A stretch of 53,469 nucleotides of DNA, taken from positions 62,001 to 115,469 of the forward strand of contig CAUYUJ010000312.1 in NCBI GenBank assembly GCA_963575745.1, given 5' to 3'. Position numbers and translations under genes: made by a program. A model generated the notes under the pieces. It was not told the origin of the DNA. It was given only the letters and a program-made list of their open reading frames with translations, and did no database searches. The DNA comes from Prorocentrum cordatum (taxonomy: Eukaryota). Below, piece after piece: positions 38,458 through 51,770 of this stretch (its first letter is position 1; the number at the start of each line of letters is the position of its first letter).

Positions 38458-38651
38458 TTGCGGATGGTTCGCGCCGTGTCGACTGGCGGCGACTCCGCCG
38501 CCGGCGTTCAGCGTTGAACGCCGCTGGCGACCCAGAATCGGTGGATGCTGAACGGCCTGACGTTTCGGAAGCGGCCGATCTTTCTAGGTTGAACGGTCCC
38601 CGCGGTGTCAGGAACCAACGCTGGAGTCGACACGGCACGATCCTGCGGTAC
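38458..38651. mobile_element. TIR element related to 44262-44398
   Basis: GGTTCGCGCCGTGTCGACT ... AGTCGACACGGCACGATCC; shared interior GGCGACCCAGAATCGGT and CCCGCGGTGTCAGGAA. Confidence 0.7.
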
Positions 38652-39884
38652 GCCAGGGTGTGATTCGCGATCGGCGCCGTTGGGGCTTTGGGGGCGCGAT
38701 GCTGTCCTCGTCGGGCCCCCTCGGGGCGCGGCGGAGAGTTCAGTCGAGGTTCTCGCTCGCACCCCAGGGTGCCAGTTGCAAACCGCACCTTTTTTCCAAA
38801 CCGCACCCTTCGGAGTCGCCGAGGGGCGGGCTGGGACAAACGGAGCGGACAGGAGGGTGGCGCGAGCGGTCGGTCACCACATTTTCGGGCTGGGTGACAA
38901 GCTACAGACGAGCTTTGTTCGTAGGTCGACCCTGCCAAGCCGAAGGTATATGCTTGCGCCCTGGGTGTTGGTTGCCCATGCCTTCTGCGTTCCTATGGCA
39001 GTGTGGCCCTCGGCAGGGTCCGGTGTCCTCCCTCGCGTCCCCTACAAGCAGTCTCGACTGTAGCTGATGCGCGAGGCGCTGGCCAGGGCGCCGATGCCCG
39101 CGCGGCTCCGGAGGAGGGGCGACGGCTGAGGCGTTGGTGGCCGGTGCCGCTGCTCCTCCCGGGAAGCCCTCGCCGCCACTGCTGGATCCTCCTCGGAGTC
39201 CTGGTCAGAACGCGCTCCAGGAGAGGTCCGGGGGGGGGCAACCAGGGCAGGTAGGAGAGGGTGGCGCGGGGGGTGGGGGGCAGCCCTCTTGCCGATGCCA
39301 TTGGCCTTGCCTCACTGTTGCCTTCTTGGTTCTGCCCGGAGGCTCTCTTCGCCACGGCTGGATTCGCTTCGGAAGCCTTGGGCAGAGCGCAGCACCCCGA
39401 GAGAGGTCCAGGGAGTCCCCACTTCCAAGACGGCGGGAGGCTTCATAGAAGGCGGGTGCATTCTCAGAAGGGCCTGGGGGTCTTCCAGGAAGGCTTCTTC
39501 GAAGCCAGGAGGGATTCCAAGAAGCCATCCGCTTTCTTAGAACCCTTCCGCCTTCTTAGAAGTCGCGCTCCCCTGGCGCGACCCCTTGGTGCGCGCCGCC
39601 GAGGGGGGGTGGTCAGGCTGGGTGGCTGAAGGGCCGAGTCTCAGAGGAGGAGAGAGATGGATATTCACACACACACGTGCATCTATCTATCGACATTTAT
39701 ATATATATATATATATATCTATAACTCCGCGGGCTGGGCGTTTTACCTGAGACTGCCTTACCATATATGGCCCTGCAGCTCTTTCAAGATAACAACTTGT
39801 TGTTACAGATCTGTATACGTATATACATACATTCATATATACATACGTATACGTGCATATACTTATGAAAGAAAATCACTGCTC

Positions 39885-40255
39885 GAGGGCGGGTAGTTTT
39901 CACAATGTGGTTCTCGCCTTAGGGCCGCACACACTCATTTTTTAAAAGTTGCGAGAGCTTCACGGATTGAGGGCGGGTCGTTTTCAAAAGTTTATTCTCG
40001 CATGAGCGCCGCGAACATTCGCTCTAAAATGTGCAAGAATCTCTCGGGCTGAAGGCGGGTGGCTTTTCAAAATGTGGCTCTCGCAGTAACGCCGCGCACG
40101 TTCGTCTTAAAAGTTCCCCAATGCTTTACAGATTGAAGGCGGGTCGTTCTCAAAATATGGCTCTCGCCATGGTGCCGCGCACACTCGTCCTAAAAAACGC
40201 AAGACCTTCACGAATTGACGGCGAATGGTTTTCAAAGTGTGACTCTCGCCCTAGC
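39885..40255 (-). repeat. Reverse-orientation array of the ~82-bp satellite seen at 155-560
   Basis: GA(G/A)GGCGGGT..TTTTCAAAATGTGGCTCTCGC recurs about every 80-85 bp. Confidence 0.85.
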
Positions 40256-40764
40256 GAGGGCCCTCCGAAATTCCATCCTCAGAAGCCCCATCCTCAGAAA
40301 GATTGTGAGCAACGCCTTCGACGAAGAATGTGTCGATCTGTATTGCAAAACTCTTACACACGTGCTCAAAACTCATACGTCGTGAAAGTCGCAGTAGTAA
40401 TCGAAACATACAAATACATACAATAGTCATAAGACCAGCAGCAACGCTAGGAATCGTAATATCGTACGCCATTACAAAATAATACCAGCAAAAATAATAA
40501 CAATACGCACTATCACAATAAGAATGATGGGAGTTGTAATAGCCATGGTAATACGCATGGGAATAATAATGGTAACACCAATAGTGGCGATAGCAAAGGG
40601 AATAGCTACCCTTATGAAGTAGGTAGTAATTGTAGTAGTAATAAAGAAGCATGGAAACATATGAGAGAAATTAATACACATGGGAGTAAGAGCAAACGCA
40701 ATCGTGACTCTAGACGTAGCAATAGTGGCAACACCATTCGTATACGAATCGGAGTTATACGCGG

Positions 40765-41471
<707 letters not shown>

Positions 41472-42951
41472 AAACGGCCCCGTAAGACAGGTTCGCTACC
41501 TTGTGAGTGCGAGTCCCTGCGGGTCAGTGTGGGGAGAGCAGCTGTTGGCCCTCTCGCGTGCCCATGACGATGGGGGCGCGCTGGGCGAGCAGGGCTCCCA
41601 AGCATGGGGGAGGACGACGACACGACCTCACTCGACGCAGGGAACAGAAGAGAGGATGCAGGAGGCCCCTTCGTGCCAAGCTTGTGCTGGTGGGGTCTAA
41701 CTATTAGTCTACCTACGACCTGCTGCGCCCACGCTTCTAACAGAGTCCTTCCCTCTCTAGGTTCACTTTTCTTAGGACGAGGAGGAGGAGGAGGACGAGG
41801 ACGAGGAGGAGGACGAGGACGAAGACGAGGAGGAGGAGGAGGAGGAGGAGGAGGAGGAGGAGGAGGAGGAGGAGGATTGGGAGCAGGAGGAGCATGAGGG
41901 ACCAGGAGAGAGAGCGAGAGAGAGAGAGAGAGAGAGAGAACGGCCCTGCGAGGCGAACCGCCGCTCGACGCCCCGGGCCCGCCGCCCGCCGCCCCCCGCG
42001 AGCCTGGCTGGTGCGCCGTGGCCTGACCCGCGGGCGGGGCTGCGCCAGGCTTGCCCGGCGGAGGCCCGGGAGGCGCCCGCTCGAAGGCCGTGGGCGGGCC
42101 AGCGCCCGCTGCACTCGCAGCGTGAAGGCGGCCCGGTGCGACTACCTCGAGCTTGCTTTCCCGTCGGTGTGGGTCAGGGGCTGCGGCCCGCAGGCCAGGG
42201 GGAGTCCAGCAGCGACGGCATGCTCTTGGCGCGTCGGGGTCGCCTCGTTTGGAGGGGACACTGCGGACTGCGCCGGGCGCACGGGGCCCGACCCCTCCGC
42301 CGCCCCCGCGGGCTGCCGTGCCGAGGGGAGGTGAACGCGTGCGTCCATACAGCCGGGGCCCTGCAGAAGGAACCCTTTTCTTTGGGGAGGGGCTCGGTGT
42401 TCCTTGATTGTTCTACAGTTTGCCTTCTGTTTTCCTGAGGTTTTCCATGGGAAATCGAAGTTCAACTTACGTGAGAAAGCGGCCCCGTTCCTTATTTAGG
42501 GTTCCTTAGGTCAACGCCCCGACTGTAATAGCTCGTTCGCGCGAGGCCCGGTGAGCAAGCAGTGGTGCAGCCAGGGCTTCGTCCTGCCGAGCGGAAAAGG
42601 ATCGCCGCCGGCCTCCCCCCCTCCCCCTCAGGTTCCCCTCTGGCTCCCCCATGCCTCCCCTGCCGAGCGGCTTGGGAGGCATGGTGCCTGCCGTGCGCTG
42701 ATTTCTTTATCTCAGCGGCAGGTGGCGTGGATGCCTTCCTCCCTCTGCTCATCCTACTTCTTTCTTACCTTATCTTATCTTATCATCCCTCCCCTGCCTG
42801 CTCCCCCTCCCTCTCCCCCCCTGTCGGGGATGGCCTCCCCCTCGACTTGCTTTGGGTTCGGGGCCACTGCCCCCGGCACAGGCCGGTGACTGCCCGCCTC
42901 CCCTGGGGGACGTCTCCGCGCTCCGCTCCGGCTCCGCTCTGGCCCCCCTCT

Positions 42952-43121
42952 TCGGAGGGCACCAACTATACACCAACACCGATCCTGGCCCAGGATCACC
43001 CTGGGCCCATGATCGGTGTATATATGCCTTCTTGCGCAAGGCGGGAGGGCGTATACACCGATCCTGGGCCCAGGGTGATCCTGGCCAGGATCGGTGTTGG
43101 TGTATAGTTGGTGCCTTCCTA
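42952..43121. mobile_element. 170-bp near-perfect palindrome (fold-back MITE), probable 5-bp TSD CCTCT
   Basis: ~75-bp arms GGAGGGCACCAACTATACACCAACACCGATCCTGGC... / ...GCCAGGATCGGTGTTGGTGTATAGTTGGTGCCTTCC; CCTCT at 42947-42951 and 43122-43126. Confidence 0.85.
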
Positions 43122-43780
43122 CCTCTTGCCAGTCTGCCCGATGGGGTCCGATGGCATCCTGAGCCACAGCCTGGTCCACAGAAGGCCTGTCCTGGCATCG
43201 GGGCCTCCGCTTTGGAGCCCTCGTCGGGCCCGAGCTCGCTGGGAGGGGACCCGTGCCCCGCCGAGACGACGAAAGCGACAACAAATTCGGATGCAACTCC
43301 TGGGAGGTCAAATTCAGAGCTCGCCCTGGTCCGAAATCCGGCTCAATCCGGTTTGTTCCCGCTTGCTCCTGCCTAGTCCCGTTGAACCCGGCTTAATCCC
43401 GCTTGATCCGCGGTCCAATCCGGAGTAGCAGCCCCATCCTTCCGACGAAGACCTCCCAGTAGTTTCAGGAGGGGGCAAAGACACACAGGCACAATTCACT
43501 GTCGATTCCCCAGGACATCTGGGAAGCCATGGGAGGTGGGGGGGGAAGACGAAAATCCCCCCAAAATGGGAAAGTATGGGGACTCCTGTCACTTGTGTGT
43601 ATTTCTTTGTGTGCCCTTGGGCCTCCTCGCGGTTGCCTCCTGGGCCTCCTGGTGACTGGCCGGGGCGCCGTCTGCCGACGTGCGCGGCAGCCTCGTGCCG
43701 TGCCGGTACGGCGGCGACCTCAGCGGCGCGGGCGCCCCGGGTCTGCAGGTCGCCGGCCTGCGCCTGACTAGCGACATCGA

Positions 43781-43936
43781 CAGGGGGCCACACGCGAACC
43801 CTGCCCCTACTCCCCACGAGTTCTGGAGGGGAGGGCTGGGTTCACCTCGTTCGAGAGCTCCCGAGCGAAGTGAACCCCACCCTCCTCCTAAAAAATCGTG
43901 GGTGGTAGGGGTAGGGTTCGCGTGTGGCCCCCTACA
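43781..43936. mobile_element. 156-bp TIR element flanked by 41-bp direct repeats
   Basis: TIR AGGGGGCCACACGCGAACCCT; DR GGTCTGCAGGTCGCCGGCCTGCGCCTGACT(A/G)GCGACATCGA at 43740-43780 and 43937-43977 with 1 mismatch. Confidence 0.9.
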
Positions 43937-44261
43937 GGTCTGCAGGTCGCCGGCCTGCGCCTGACTGGCGACATCGAGCGAGCCTGCGCGATCAGCACGC
44001 CCAGAGATCGAACGTATTGAAGAAAGCACGACGGGTTTTTTGTTGTCGCTATTTCTTCGGCCTCTGGGGGCCCTCGCCGGGCCCCAGGACCGTCAAAAAA
44101 CGACTCAGGATGAGAAATCGGTCCTGGAGAAGGGGTCGAGACTTCTGGGGACCCCGTCTTGAAAAAATCACGACATCGGATCTATGGGAGCCGCGGTCGG
44201 TCAAGGCTGAGCGATCCACGCGGCGCCACCGAGCAAGTCGTCACTACCCGAACCCGCCGTA

Positions 44262-44398
44262 CGGTAGGTTCGCATCGTGTCGACTGGCGGCGACCCCGCC
44301 GCCGGCGTCCAACGTTGAACCCCGCAGGCGACCCAGAATCGGTCGATCCCCGCGGTGTCAGGAATCCACGCCAGGGTCGACACGACACGAACCTGCCG
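44262..44398. mobile_element. 137-bp MITE with TA on both sides (Tc1/mariner-like signature)
   Basis: TA|CGGTAGGTTCGCATCGTGTCGAC ... GTCGACACGACACGAACCTGCCG|TA. Confidence 0.7.
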
Positions 44399-44422
44399 TA
44401 CCCTCTCCCTCATGCCTCGTCG

Positions 44423-44686
44423 TAAGTCGGGCGTGTCCCCCTGCAGGCGGATTTGGGAGATACTCCAAACATTTTCAAAAATAGTCGAAAAATCGTCCCC
44501 GATTATTTTTTGACTATCTATGAATATTCTTTCTGTAGAAGGACATGCCCGACTTAAGCTTCGTCTCCCCCTCCATATTTAAGAAAAAACACCAGAAATG
44601 CGCAGAAATAGTCGAAACATCGTCCCCAGACTATTTTTTGACTACTTTTGAATATTCCTCCTGTAGAGGGACACGCCCGACGTAAG
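44423..44686. mobile_element. TIR element family (TAAGTCGGGCGTGTCC...GGACATGCCCGACTTA) with a duplicated right half
   Basis: Inverted ends at 44423-44440 and 44541-44557; right half repeated at 44606-44686; further termini at ~44880, ~45042 and ~46928. Confidence 0.65.
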
Positions 44687-45230
44687 CCCACGTACATTAA
44701 CACGGTCCCCCAATCCAGGAGACCGTCCGCATGATGCGAACGTTCGCGCAATGCGTACTCTCGAAAACAGCGTGGATCCATTTGCGTGTGCGTCGTGCGT
44801 CCTGCTGTCGCTCCTCACCTCCTGCCTCCCCCCTCCTCTGCCAGAAGCACACAAATCTCTCACAAAGTCTCCCGTCGAGGGACATGCCCGACTTTAAGCC
44901 TCGCCTCCCCCCTCCCTGAAAGTGCCACCTGGTGCGCCGACTCCGCGGCGGGCGCCCGCCCACCACGAAGAGAGCGACCAGCCTTAGCCCTGCTGTCGTC
45001 CTCTCCGTGGGCCCCCCTCGGCGCACGCCTCCCCTCGTCTGAAGTCGGGCCTGTCCCTCGACAGGGGGCATATTCAAAAAACACAAAAATAGGCCACGAT
45101 CTTTTGTTTATTTTTGACGGCTTTTTTTCCCAACCCTCCTTGGTTGGGTATTCGTTTGGAATAGAGCACTGTGGTCGCGTCCCTTCTTCTCCCGCCTCCC
45201 ACCTCCTCCTGCCTTCTCTTCGCCGACGAC

Positions 45231-46765
45231 GGGGGCTGCGATCTGCGAAACTGTCGCCACTTTCGAGGGCTGCTGGTGGGTCCTGCGGAGTGAGGCACCG
45301 CGCAGATCTGAGCGGGACCTCGCCGTGCCTGGGGGGCTGCGATTTGCCAAACCATCGCCACTTTCGAGGGCTGCTGGTGGGTCCTGCGGAGTGAGGCACC
45401 GCGCAGATCTGATCTGAGCGGGACCTCGCCGTGCCTGGGGGGCTGCGATCTGCGAAGCTGTCGCCACTTTCGAGGGCTGCTGGTGGGTCCAGCGGAGTGA
45501 GGCACCGCGCAGATTCGAGCGGGACCTCGCCGTGCCAGGGGGGCTGCGATCTGCGAAGCTGTCGCCATTTTCGTGGGCTGCTGGTGGGTCCTGCGGGGTG
45601 AGGCACCGCGCAGATTTGAGCGGGACCTCGCCGTGCCAGGGGGGCTGCGATCTGCGAAATTGCCGCCACTTTCGAGGGCTGCTGGTGGGTCCTGCGGAGT
45701 GCGATCTGAGCGGGACCTCGCCGTGCCAGGGGGGCTGCGATCTGCGAATTTGTCTCCACTTTCGAGGGCTGCTAGTGGGTCCTGCGGAGTGAGGCACCGC
45801 GCAGATCTGAGCGGGACCTCGCCGTGCCAGGGGGGCTGCGATCTGCGAAATTGTCGCCACTTTCGAAGGCTGCTGGTGGGTCCTGCGGAATGAGGCACCG
45901 CGCAGATCTGAGCGGGACCTCGCGGTCCCTGGGGGGCTGCGATCTGCGAATTTGTCGCCATTTTCGAGGGCTGCTGGTGGGTCCAGCGGAGTGAGGCACT
46001 GCGCAGATCTGAGCGGGGCCTCGCCGTGCCTGGGGGGCTGCGATCTGCGAAGCTGCCGCCCTTTCGAGGGCTGCTGGTGGGTCCAGCGGAGTGAGGCACC
46101 GCGCAGATCTGAGCGGGACCTCGCCGTGCCAGGGGGGCTGCGATCTGCGAATTTGTCTCCACCTTCGAGGGCTGCTGGTGGGTCCTGCGGAGTGAGGCAC
46201 CGCGGGGATCTGAGCGGGACCTCGCCGTCCCTGGGGGGCTGCGATCTGCGAAACTGTCGCCACTTTCGAGGGCTGCTGGTGGGTCCTGCGGAGTGAGGCA
46301 CCGCGCAGATCTGAGCGGGCCCTCGGCCGTGCCTGGGGGCTGCGATCTGCAAGACTTTCGAGGGCTGCTGGTGGGTGGGGGGCTGCGATCTGCGAAACGG
46401 AGTGAGTGGCACCGCGCAGATCTGAGCGGACCTCGCCGTGCCTGAGGGCTGCGCTGCGCGATCTGCGAAGCTGTCGCCACTTTCGAGGGCTGCTGGTGGG
46501 TCCAGCGGAGTGAGGCACCGCGCAGATCTGAGCGGGACCTCGCCGTGCCTGGGGGGCTGCGATCTGCGAAACGGTCGCCACTTTCGAGGGCTGCTGGTGG
46601 GTCCTGCGGAGTGAGGCACCGCGCAGATCTGAGCGGGACCTCGCCGTGCCTGGGGGGCTGCGATCTGCGAAACCGTCGCAACTTTCGAAGGCTGGTGGCG
46701 GGTTCAGCGGAGCGAGGCTCCAAACAGATCTGAGCGAGACATCGCAATCCTTGGGGGGCTGCGAG
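45231..46765. repeat. 101-bp tandem satellite, about 15-16 units
   Basis: Unit GGGGGGCTGCGATCTGCGAA.CTGTCGCCACTTTCGAGGGCTGCTGGTGGGTCC.GCGGAGTGAGGCACCGCGCAGATCTGAGCGGGACCTCGCCGTGCC; starts at 45231, 45332 and onward. Confidence 0.97.
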
Positions 46766-46972
46766 CCTCACGAATGCCGCTCGCAGAAGTAGATGCGCCC
46801 ATGTCACGTCATCACCTCCGTATAACGTCTCCCAAGCTACTCATGCCCCGCATTGCGCAGGGGTTGGGTACGTCGCCAGTGTAATTGAACGTTTATTATT
46901 TTTCGCCCGAAATCCGCCTGCTGTAGAGGGACACGCCTGACCTAACCCTCGTCCCCTCCTCCCTTGGCTTTG

Positions 46973-47179
46973 GGCCTCCCAGATTGGGTCGAAGTAGTTG
47001 GGGTCGGAGCATCGCGCCGCATCGCCGATGCATCGGCGATGCGGCTCGATGTGGAACCCGACTTTCTCTACGCCGACGTCGCCAACGACGTCGCCGATAC
47101 ATCGCCGATGTATCGGCGCTGCACTGGCGATGCGGCGCGATCCTCCGACCCCATCTGCCCAGACCTCATTTGGGAGGCC
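46973..47179. mobile_element. 207-bp MITE-like element with ~60-bp imperfect TIRs (GGCCTCCCA...TGGGAGGCC)
   Basis: TGGGGTCGGAGCATCGCGCCGCATCGCC versus GGCGATGCGGCGCGATCCTCCGACCCCA; internal CATCGCCGAT palindromic repeats; TSD unclear. Confidence 0.8.
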
Positions 47180-50139
47180 TTTACTGGTGGACGGAGACTG
47201 GTACAGTGGGGGCCCATGCCAAGAAACACCCTGCTTGTCTCCAGGGTGCCCTTGGTTTCTTGGGTTTCGATGGTTTTGGTTTTCTTGTGGAAGGTTTCTT
47301 GTGGACTGGCCTCCACTACAGGGGGACACAAAGAAAGGGGCCAAGCCTGGATCCCAGAGTCCCATATCAACGCTGTCCGCGGCGCGGTCGGTTCGGCTGC
47401 GTCGACGTCGGCTGCGTTCGGTCGGTTTGGTTTGGTCGGCTGTGGCGTCGTTGTCGCTTCCTTCTGGACTGCTTCCAGGATAATCGGGTTCGGTCGGTTT
47501 CGGCCTCGCCATCGGTTCGGTCGGTTTTCGGTTGTTCTGTCGTCGTGGACGGCCTTGCGCCCTCATTCTCTCAGAGAGCTGATCACGTCTAGGGCGGGCA
47601 TAACCGAATATAGCCCTCCCCAAGGAATGCATAAGCCATATCAGAGTCACATGTACATGAGACCTGTCGCACCTCCTACCTCTGTAATACTGCAGAGTGG
47701 CCTGCAGAGAAGCACAATGTAGTGGCAGCAACACCGTCGGCTTCAAATTCCTGCCTCCGAGCGCATACACACATCGGTGCAGGTGTCGAAATCCCCGTCG
47801 TTTTTCTCATTCCCCCCATCATTCTCCGTTTGCTTGCAGCGACGTGATGCATGATATCCAGCTGCCTGCGGCTAGCCCCGCCACTGTGCCAGCCCAGCAC
47901 TGGGAGACGACTGTTCGAGGGGCGCACAAGAAGCAGTATCTCGTGGCATCTCGTGCCCCGAGGCTTGGAATCTCCGTGAGATAATACACGCTTTTCCACG
48001 TCGTCTCGGGGTGTCTCTCCTCGTGTGCGTCGTCGTCTTCCTTCCTTCCTCTTGTTCCCTCTGCCTCTCTTGGGGCCTTTTGGGTTCTCTTGAGGGCATC
48101 TTGGGGGGTCTTTGGTTCCCTCTGGGGGGCTCCTTCGCCTGTCTCAGGGCACTTTTGGGTAGTCCAGTGCCTGGAGAGTCTGTCCTGGGAGCCACTCTGG
48201 ACCGTCTTGGGGCCCTCGTGCCCTGAAGGGTTGTCTTGGGGGTCTCTTGGAGGCCTCTTGGGCCATCTTGGGGCCTCTTGGGCCGCGTGTGGTCTCCCTT
48301 AGGGGCTTCTCGGACCACTTCTCTTTGGCCGTCCTGGGCTGACGGAAGCGGGAGAAAGCTCGAGACAGCCCAGACGCTTGGTCTATGGGAGAGACCGTTA
48401 TTCGAGAGGCGTATACAGGTCCGCCGGCCCCCAAGGATGTACCCGACAGACTCTGTGCGCAAAGCAACTGCCGTGGACAAGCGCTCCCAGCACAAGGCCG
48501 CAACATGTGGCAGTTTGCACCGCGAGCCTCTGGCAGCCGGGTCTGCTCAGTAATTTCTTCCGGCCCTCCTTTGACTTTGGAGGCTTCCGCGGAGTCTCTT
48601 CAATGCTTTTTGGGGCTCCTGGGGACCTCTTGGGACCCTCTGTGGGCTCCTTGGGTGTCTGTTGGAGGCCTTTGGCGAACATGTTAAAGGTCTCTGAAGC
48701 CATCTTGCGGGGGACGGCCCTTCGAGCCTCCGCGTGCTAGCCCTCTGAAGCCCCTCTTGCGGCCCTCTTTGTTCCCTCCTTCTCCGATGTGTCGCCCCCT
48801 CTTCCCCCCCCCTCCCCCTCCCACTCCTTCCTCCTCCTCCTCCTCCTCCTCCTCCTCCTCCTCCTCCCCCTCCTCCTCCTCCTCCTCCTCCTCCTCCTCC
48901 TCCTCCTCCTCCTCCTCCTCCTCCCTCTTTTGTGCAAGAGCCATGGCGCGCGTGCCGCCAATCCTGGGCCCAGCGGTGTGGGACGTCCTCAAAAAAGCAT
49001 GCGCTGTGAAGGACCGGCTGGCTGGCTGGCTGGCCGACTGGCTGGGTCGGCTCCCCGGCTGCCAGGCGAGCCGGCGTCCCGAGGCCGATTTTTGACACAC
49101 ACACACACACACACACACAGCAGGAGGGGAACAGAAACGCACAGGCACAATGAATCGTCGATTCCCAGGAAAATTTGGGACAATATGGGAAGTGGGGGGA
49201 AGACCAAACCACAGAACATCTGGGAAAAGTATCGGGAATCCTGGTGTTTGTGTGTATTCATTTGTGTATCCTGGGGCCCCTTCAATAACCTCACACGGAT
49301 CGCGCCTAGGGGGCCCGAACCATGTTTTCACGGGAAATTTTTCTTGACCCAGATTCGTTTGACCAGAAAAAACAGTAATAAAATGATCGATCCGCGGCCC
49401 CAGCTGTATTTTGGTCGCGCGAGCTTGGGCCTCGCAGCAGTGGCACAAGCCCTGCTGAGGGGACAGGATTTGTTAAATTTTAGGTGTCCCGGCCTATCCA
49501 ACACAGGAGGGTTAGGTCAAGTTGAAGTTGAATAAGGTCCCCAGCTGTGTGCGTATCGCTGTGTCCCCCCAGATCAGGGAAGCGTGGGATCCCATGGGAG
49601 CACGCAGCGCAACGAAGACGGTGGGCAGCCGCCGGGCTGGAGCTCGGGGAGATCAGCCCGAGCAGGCCCAGGAGTCAAAACCGCACGTGCTCGCGGCCGC
49701 TCCAGGCGTGCGGCCGGCAAGTTCTCCGGTGCGTCCGCACGCTCGATGAGGAGCCTCAGCTGCTTGGAAGCATCCCGAGACCAGAAGGCCCCGGGGAGCA
49801 CGGGAACACGTCCGAAAGCCTGGAGCCTCGCGGAGGAGGAGGAGGAGGAGGAGGAGGAGGAGGAGGAGGAGGAGGAGGAGGCTCCCCTCTCGCCCCAGGG
49901 ATGCCGCCGCCGCTGGTGCGATAGCGTCCCCTTCTTCCTTGAGAGGCCTCTATGTCGCTGCCTGTCGCGCGGTAGGCAGCTGTTCGAACCCTACGTGACG
50001 GAGGACGCCGTGCCATGGGTCTGCTTGTGATGCGTGGTAATGGCAGCGGGGCGTCGCCACGGTGAGTGCGATGGTGGTGTTGCGCGTGAGCGTGAGTGCG
50101 GTCGCATGCCCGTGAGGATGTTGTTAAAGGTGACGTTAC

Positions 50140-50303
50140 GATGATGATGCTGCTGATGATGATGCTGCTGATGATGACGATGATGATTATGAGGGATGTG
50201 GTGGCGATGATGACGATGATGATGGTGGTGATGATGCTGCTGATATTTGTGGTGGTGATGATGGGTGGTGGTGGTGGTGGTGGTGGTGGTGGTGGTGGTG
50301 GTG

Positions 50304-50351
<48 letters not shown>

Positions 50352-50353
50352 CC

Positions 50354-50407
<54 letters not shown>

Positions 50408-50957
50408 AATGATGATGATGATGATGCTGCTCATGATGATACTGATGGTGATGATACTGAGGATAATTATGACGATGCTGATGATGATGATAATGATGCT
50501 GGCGATGCTAATGACAATGGTAATGATACTGATAATGATAATGATACTGTTGATGGTGATGCTGATGGTGATGGTGGTGGTGGTGATGGTGGTGGTGGTG
50601 ATGATGTTGCTGCTGCTGATGATGATGATGAGGCTAATGCTGATGCTGAGGACGATGACGATGACGATGATGAGGATGTTGTTGATGATGATGATGGTGA
50701 CGATGATGTTTTTGATGATGATGGATTCGGATGCTGATGTCACGATGATGATGATGCTGATGATGAAGATGACGATGATGCTGCTGATGATGCTGATGAT
50801 ATGGATAATGATGATGGTGATGCTGATGCTGCTGATGATGCTGATTATGATGATGGTGAGGGTGTTGATGGTCATGGTGTTGGCGATGGCGATGGTGATG
50901 GTGTTGGCGATGGCGATGTTGATGCTGCTGATGATGATGGTGATTATCATGATGTTG

Positions 50958-51003
<46 letters not shown>

Positions 51004-51083
51004 CGATGATGGGTGGTGTTGGTGGTGGTGGTGGTGGTGTGGATGATGATGATGATACTGATGATGATGATGATGATGATGCC

Positions 51084-51144
<61 letters not shown>

Positions 51145-51195
51145 CTGATGCTGATGCTGCTGCTGATGATGATGACGGATGATGATGATGATGAT

Positions 51196-51230
<35 letters not shown>

Positions 51231-51582
51231 GTGAATGCTGATGGATGATGATGATGATGAGGATGAGGATGAGGTGCGGATGAGGATGATGAGAGATGAG
51301 GATGATGCTGATGATGATGATGATGATGGTGATGAGATGAAATGATGATGATGATGATGATGATGTGATGATGTGATGATGATGATGATGATGATGATAT
51401 GATGATGGGATGAGGATGAGGATGAGGAATGATGAGGAGGAGGATGATGATGCTGCTGATGAATGATGATGATGATGATGATGATGATGGTGATGGTGTG
51501 ATGATGATGATGATGATGATGATGATGAGGAATGAGGATAGAGGTGAATGATGATGAGGATGAGGATGATGGATGCTGATGA

Positions 51583-51651
<69 letters not shown>

Positions 51652-51671
51652 TTGATGTTGATGATGATGCT

Positions 51672-51714
<43 letters not shown>

Positions 51715-51770
51715 TTGATGTTGATGCTGCTGCTGCTGCTGCTGCTGCTGGGTGGTGGTGGTGGTGTGGG
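50140..51770. repeat. (GAT/GCT/GGT)n compound microsatellite of ~1.6 kb
   Basis: Direct inspection. Confidence 0.97.

Noticed and set aside
45074..46807. 577-aa and 503-aa repetitive ORFs, and possible CRISPR array
   Set aside because: The 101-bp unit is not a multiple of 3 so peptides cycle through frames; there are no unique spacers and no cas genes
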